DNA of 64,000 nt from a virus (lineage: Duplodnaviria > Caudoviricetes). Numbering within the stretch: the first letter of the stretch is position 1; every line of letters begins with the position of its first letter. The notes under the pieces were generated by a model. That model worked only from the letters and a program-made list of their open reading frames with translations. It was not told where the DNA came from and ran no database searches. The stretch is taken from IMG/VR virus record IMGVR_UViG_3300025924_000017, positions 1-64,000 of that record; one strand, written 5' to 3'. The translations under genes and the position numbers were made by a program. Positions 60,142 to 64,000 of this stretch are shown in pieces.

Positions 60142-60738
60142 ATGGCAAAAGAACAGTTCGCATTGCTCGCCGTGAATGAAACGGACAATTGGGACCAGTC
60201 CATTCTGGACAAGCACGGCTTTGAAGCCGCGTTCGGCGTCTACTTGATCCGCCTCGGCGAGGCCACGCATTGTTGCAGCCTCACCGCGTCAACGTGGGCC
60301 GAGTTTTACGAGAACGCCTTCATTTACGATCACGAAGACGCGGCGGCCGACAAAGCGGCGGAAGACCTCGCCCACGAGAACGGCGGCGAGTTCGGGCGCT
60401 ATCTCACCTACGTCGATCCTGACCAGAAGAGCCGCTACCTCGGCGCGGCGATCACGGTCGAAGTGGACGCGGATGAATTCGAAGGCGGCAAGAAATCCGA
60501 CGCCTATCACGAGGCAATCTGGACGGAAGCCCGCGAGGCCGCAGCCACCGGCGCGATCAGCGAACCGGCGATCCTGTGGAGCGAGGAATACTACGCCCAG
60601 CAGGAAGAGTACGCCGCCAAGCGACGCGCAGAGAACCGCAGGCCCTTGGCGCGCCCGATCCTGCCGTTGTTCTTCGCCGCCGCCCAGCGCGACGGATTCG
60701 CCACGTACGAAGGCGCAATCGAGCACGGCTGGCTTTGA
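60142..60738 (+). CDS. acidic hypothetical protein
   Basis: GGAGTCGCAAATG start. Confidence 0.75.
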   Translation: MAKEQFALLAVNETDNWDQSILDKHGFEAAFGVYLIRLGEATHCCSLTASTWAEFYENAFIYDHEDAAADKAAEDLAHENGGEFGRYLTYVDPDQKSRYLGAAITVEVDADEFEGGKKSDAYHEAIWTEAREAAATGAISEPAILWSEEYYAQQEEYAAKRRAENRRPLARPILPLFFAAAQRDGFATYEGAIEHGWL

Positions 60739-60824
60739 TCCTGCGCGTGCCCTGCCACGGGCCACGCAGTACACCGGCCCGGCGCTGCCTGTCACGGCAC
60801 GCCGGGCCGGAGCATTTTGGGCGC

Positions 60825-60873
60825 ATTATTTTGTCCTAAAGGTGTTGACAATTGGATTCCGCCCGGCTATAAC
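60825..60873 (+). promoter_or_regulatory. sigma70-type promoter with no conventional gene downstream
   Basis: ATTATTTTGTCC; TTGACA 60845-60850; GC-TATAAC. Confidence 0.75.
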
Positions 60874-61001
60874 ACCGCCATGCCTCGCGGCGACAGAGCA
60901 GGACCTCTGGAAGGCGCGGCGCGAAGTCCTCCCGGGAAAGCCCGCCAGACGCGGGATCGCAGGGAGGCCGGGACACGCGGACCCGCCGATCTGCGCCGAG
61001 C

Positions 61002-61076
61002 CTACCTTGCGCGATATCGTGCGCTACCGTGCGCACTACCTTGCGCGCTACCGTTCGCTGGCACGATCTGGGGCGC
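61002..61076 (+). repeat. CTACC tandem cluster
   Basis: 5 units; 61024-61076 matches 62233-62285 at 50/53. Confidence 0.8.
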
Positions 61077-61103
61077 GCGCCGTCCGGCGCGGCCTGTGCC
61101 CGC

Positions 61104-61174
61104 GTTTACCAGTTGGAAGGATTGGTTAACGCCGCCTCGGAGTCCGCGTTAACCAATTGCGGCTATTGGTTAAG
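61104..61174. repeat. two 27-bp palindromes
   Basis: Copies at 61104 and 61148. Confidence 0.85.
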
Positions 61175-61238
61175 ACCATCGCAAATTTTGTTAACCATAG
61201 GGCGTGCCGATCTGGCACGCCCACGATCTGCCGCGTGG

Positions 61239-61691
61239 CTAGGCGCTCTCCTCCTTTCGAGCCTTGACGCGCACGTAGGGCTTCTCCTCGTAGTGATCGA
61301 TCTTCTCGCCGGAGGGAAGGTCCCACGGCATGAGCATGAAGGTCACGCCAAAGGGATGGAATTCCGCGTTCTGGGGCGACAGGTTTTCAGCCTTCATGTA
61401 ACTGGCGATGTACCAGTCGCGCGCGTCACCCTCGAACGTGAAGCAGGTCTTGTTGGAGCGCAGACGATACGCAGGCAACGCGCCCACCAGATAGATGGCA
61501 TGATCCGTATAGGTGTCACCAGCCTTGAACTGCCCACGGCGCACGCCGTCCATCTCTGCCGTGTAGGTGTTCGTGCGATCATACTCCGCACCTTCGTAAG
61601 TCACACCACTGATCGTGACGGACACGGGCTTGATGTTGGAGAGATGGCCGAGGGATGCGAGGTAGGCCACGACGTTTGCGGAAACAGACAT
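61239..61691 (-). CDS. hypothetical protein
   Basis: GGAGTCGCAAATG start. Confidence 0.75.
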   Translation of the reverse strand: MSVSANVVAYLASLGHLSNIKPVSVTISGVTYEGAEYDRTNTYTAEMDGVRRGQFKAGDTYTDHAIYLVGALPAYRLRSNKTCFTFEGDARDWYIASYMKAENLSPQNAEFHPFGVTFMLMPWDLPSGEKIDHYEEKPYVRVKARKEESA

Positions 61692-61715
61692 TTGCGACTC
61701 CGTTGTTGTGCGCAC

Positions 61716-61776
61716 TTTATGGCATGCCTTGTTTTGTCTGTCAAGGGTTGACATATAGAATTCTTCGCGCTATAAC
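61716..61776. promoter_or_regulatory. back-to-back sigma70 promoter pair
   Basis: TGTCAA-GGG-TTGACA 61739-61753; CATAAA (-), TATAAC (+). Confidence 0.8.
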
Positions 61777-61802
61777 GGCAGCACAAACAAACGGAGTCGC
61801 AA

Positions 61803-62198
61803 ATGATCTCACACGCAGACGTTCTCAAAATCGACCGCGCCATCTCCGGCAAGCTGGTCGAGCTTGCCATCGCCAAAGGCTACAGCCTGACCGTCCGCAC
61901 GAACGACGACGACGCGCACAACGTCATCAAGTCGCGCGATCCGAAGGTGATCCTCGACGAACTTCATTCCGTGGACGACGAGCGCCTCTATGTGCACGAT
62001 GCAAACGGAAAGCGCCTCGGCTGGATTTACTTCGTGTTCGGCGAATCCGGCTGGGACGTGATCTGCGATCACACCACAGGCCGGGCGATCACGGAACTGG
62101 TGGACACAGGCCCGATCAAGGCGATCTCGGATGGTATCTGCGAGAACCCGGAGAACTGGAGCGCGATACTCGCGCAGAACGGCGCGGCAGTCGGCTGA
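61803..62198 (+). CDS. conserved phage early protein
   Basis: GGAGTCGCAAATG start; GYSLTV..DDERLY..GWIYFVFG..DVICDH. Confidence 0.75.
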   Translation: MISHADVLKIDRAISGKLVELAIAKGYSLTVRTNDDDAHNVIKSRDPKVILDELHSVDDERLYVHDANGKRLGWIYFVFGESGWDVICDHTTGRAITELVDTGPIKAISDGICENPENWSAILAQNGAAVG

Positions 62199-62200
62199 GC

Positions 62201-62285
62201 CTACGGCGCGCTACCGTTCGCTGGCGCGCTTCCTACCGTGCGCGCTACCTTGCGCTCTACCGTTCGCTGGCGCGATCTGGGGCGC
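62201..62285 (+). repeat. CTACC tandem cluster
   Basis: Units at 62201, 62211, 62233, 62245, 62257. Confidence 0.8.
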
Positions 62286-62337
62286 TGGCGCGCGCCAGCC
62301 CGGCGGCGGCGGTATGGTTAACGAAAATCGCCCCGGC

Positions 62338-62364
62338 GTTAACCAATTCAGTGTATTGGTTAAC
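62338..62364. repeat. 27-bp palindrome
   Basis: GTTAACCAAT-N7-ATTGGTTAAC, perfect arms. Confidence 0.9.
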
Positions 62365-62412
62365 GCGCCGTTAACCACGTCGGCGCCCTGTCCCGATCTG
62401 GCACAAACGCGT

Positions 62413-62445
62413 CGAGGCGCAAGCGGCTGAGCCGCTTGCGCCTCG
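62413..62445. terminator. perfect 15-bp hairpin
   Basis: CGAGGCGCAAGCGGC-TGA-GCCGCTTGCGCCTCG. Confidence 0.6.
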
Positions 62446-62480
62446 CGTAGGGTTTGGAGTGCGGCGCCGCGCCGCGCGGA

Positions 62481-62693
62481 CTAGTGGGCCGTCATACTCG
62501 GATCGAGTCGGACGCGTTCCAGTGTAACGAGTGCGCCTGACTCGGACTCGGCGATGAGTGCCAAGCATTGCCCGGCCATGAGTGCGGCGCGCGCATGCTT
62601 GAAATTGTCGCGCGCGTCGCCCGCCGCGCTATCGCCCGTGAAAGGGGTTGTAACCCGCTCGCGTCCCTCAGAAAGTTCAACGTGATATTTCAT
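62481..62693 (-). CDS. hypothetical protein
   Basis: GGAGTCGCAAATG start. Confidence 0.7.
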   Translation of the reverse strand: MKYHVELSEGRERVTTPFTGDSAAGDARDNFKHARAALMAGQCLALIAESESGALVTLERVRLDPSMTAH

Positions 62694-62739
62694 TTGCGAC
62701 TCCGTTTGCCTGTCGCGCGACTATCGCCGCGACACGTGA

Positions 62740-62768
62740 AAGCTAAGCCCGGCATTGTCGCAAGTCAA
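62740..62768 (-). promoter_or_regulatory. sigma70-type promoter
   Basis: TTGACT-N17-TAGCTT on the - strand. Confidence 0.65.
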
Positions 62769-62856
62769 GGCATTAGAGTCGTAATTCGCGACATTCTTTC
62801 CAAGCGGTAAAAGCCCGCTCCCTTAACCCGGCATTATCCGACAATTGCGCACCACA

Positions 62857-62904
62857 ATTATTTTGTCTTTAGACCGTTGACAATTCAAACAAGGGGATTA
62901 GATT
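62857..62904 (+). promoter_or_regulatory. sigma70-type promoter
   Basis: ATTATTTTGTC; TTGACA 62877-62882; TAGATT. Confidence 0.7.
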
Positions 62905-62946
62905 GATGGTCACGGCGTTAGGCCGGAATGACAAACGGAGTCGCAA

Positions 62947-63078
62947 ATGAAAATCGCATTTTTCTCCATCGCCCTGTTTATCAGCTTTCAAGCTGGGGTT
63001 TCCTCGTATGTCGCGGACAAGGTTGGCGCGGAAATTACGCGCGACTTCGCGCCGCTCAATGCTATCTTCCAGCACTAA
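62947..63078 (+). CDS. small protein with hydrophobic or signal-like N-terminus
   Basis: GGAGTCGCAAATG start; MKIAFFSIALFISFQAG.. Confidence 0.62.
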   Translation: MKIAFFSIALFISFQAGVSSYVADKVGAEITRDFAPLNAIFQH

Positions 63079-63088
63079 GGGGGACACA

Positions 63089-63478
63089 ATGCGTAACGCT
63101 TATCTGACATTCCCGAATCAGTCGAATGACGGAATCTCCTTTACGAAACCTGAGGGACGATTCGGCAATCTCAAGGCGCGCCTTGAGAAAAGCCTTGTCC
63201 GCGCATTTGGCGGATTCACCGCAACCCGCGCGGATGGGGCTTGGCACGATGTCGAGACTGACATCGTGCATGCCGAGTCCGTGACGGTCTATAAAATCGC
63301 GGGCGATTGGAGCACGGAAAACGAGTCCAAGCTTCGCGGTATCGCGGCGCGCTATTGCGCACTCGGCGAGCAAATTTGCGTGCTGGTCGAATTCGCCAAC
63401 GGCGAGTCGGAATTCATTTCGCCGGAGGCTGATCTAGCTGCAACGCTTGGCAGCGCGCGCGCCTTGTTGGCGGCTTAG
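63089..63478 (+). CDS. hypothetical protein (DUF3574-like)
   Basis: AFGGFT..DGAW..ESVTV..YC..EQ.CV pattern. Confidence 0.6.
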   Translation: MRNAYLTFPNQSNDGISFTKPEGRFGNLKARLEKSLVRAFGGFTATRADGAWHDVETDIVHAESVTVYKIAGDWSTENESKLRGIAARYCALGEQICVLVEFANGESEFISPEADLAATLGSARALLAA

Positions 63479-63488
63479 TCGAAACCAA

Positions 63489-63513
63489 GGCGCGCCGCAT
63501 AGTGCGGCGCGCC
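63489..63513. terminator. perfect 11-bp hairpin
   Basis: GGCGCGCCGCA-TAG-TGCGGCGCGCC. Confidence 0.5.
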
Positions 63514-63533
63514 GCAACCCTACGGAGTCGCAA

Positions 63534-63677
63534 ATGTCCAGTTATCTGACCCTTGAGCCGCGCCCAATCCTGAAAGCCTTGGCGCACTATGCGGCGAATA
63601 CGCGTGCAAGCGAAGTTGCGCGATTGGAGCGAGTCGCAAAGCTTGCGGCGCGCTATTGCGCCAAAGGCGCGGACTAA
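63534..63677 (+). CDS. hypothetical protein
   Basis: GGAGTCGCAAATG start. Confidence 0.62.
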   Translation: MSSYLTLEPRPILKALAHYAANTRASEVARLERVAKLAARYCAKGAD

Positions 63678-63719
63678 GCCCGCGTTAGTGTCCTGTTTAC
63701 CGAGTCGCGCATGCGGTAA

Positions 63720-63768
63720 ATTATTTTGTCTTGCATGCGTTGACATTTGGAAAGCCCGGGCTTAGCTT
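63720..63768 (+). promoter_or_regulatory. sigma70-type promoter
   Basis: ATTATTTTGTC; TTGACA 63740-63745; TAGCTT. Confidence 0.72.
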
Positions 63769-63812
63769 TCGTGTGTCGCGGCGATTGTGTCGCGCAAATT
63801 TTGGAGTCGCAA

Positions 63813-64000
63813 ATGTCCAAGCCTTCTGATGCCAAAGATAACAGAGTCCGCGAATTGGCACGCGTGCGGGATATGCTGGCTGATGCCGCAAGCTTCGCTT
63901 CAACGGCTGACGCCGTGCTAGTCGAAGTTGCGGCCAAAGGGGTCAAGCATGCGTTGCAATGGACCAAGGGGACACGCGTTACGGACCAAAGGCTAGTCCG
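63813..64000 (+). CDS. hypothetical protein, truncated by the window end
   Basis: GGAGTCGCAAATG start, open to 64000. Confidence 0.6.
   Translation, partial: MSKPSDAKDNRVRELARVRDMLADAASFASTADAVLVEVAAKGVKHALQWTKGTRVTDQRLV

Noticed and set aside
46556-62364. 27-bp palindromes as a CRISPR array or integron attC sites
   Set aside because: Spacing is irregular and gene-sized (43 bp to about 2.4 kb), no cas or integrase gene is in the window, and the arms do not form the RYYYAAC..GTTRRRY attC bottom-strand structure.
46556-62364. Canonical CtrA boxes
   Set aside because: The TTAA-to-TTAA distance is 17 nt in inverted arrangement, not TTAA-N7-TTAA; only a half-site resemblance remains.
1-64000. 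tRNA, rRNA, reverse transcriptase/DGR/retron, integrase or transposase
   Set aside because: No T-loop/CCA cloverleaf, YxDD RT motif, or tyrosine, serine or DDE recombinase signature was recognised by eye; a tRNAscan/HMM run is needed to exclude divergent cases.

Overview
High-GC window from a large lytic dsDNA phage, most likely infecting an alphaproteobacterium. The host call rests on sigma70 promoters of the TTGACA-N15-GC-TAnnnn type, an alphaproteobacterial XRE regulator and DUF3768. The layout recalls phiCbK-like phages with long terminal repeats (inference). There are four zones. (1) 1-36.8 kb: about 100 mostly small, tightly packed + strand genes behind a repeated ATTATTTTGTC..TTGACA promoter, often apparently leaderless. 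They include PAP2, DUF3307, PTH2, an RlaP-type nucleotidyltransferase, an NDT-like protein, XRE, an ATP-grasp protein and a BCS1-like AAA ATPase, plus a promoter-driven non-coding unit with a perfect H-type pseudoknot (3.55-3.85 kb). (2) 36.8-40.5 kb: a few - strand genes and an AT-rich iteron-like, origin-like locus. (3) 40.5-46.5 kb: a frameshifted RuvC-like gene, an HslV-like peptidase, probable TerS, and TerL with a Pro1/Cys-F4 (class-3-like) intein in its Walker A motif. (4) 46.5-64 kb: a modular, probably terminal or pre-early region. Each module is a 27-bp palindrome, leftward genes, a back-to-back sigma70 promoter pair, rightward genes, a hairpin and another 27-bp palindrome. It has 17 palindromes, 10 intact divergent promoter pairs, 24 copies of a GGAGTCGCAAATG start motif (containing GANTC), hairpin loops complementary to that motif, and several candidate structured RNAs. 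No tRNA, rRNA, CRISPR array, integrase or reverse transcriptase was recognised. All family calls are by-eye motif recognition; no database search was run.
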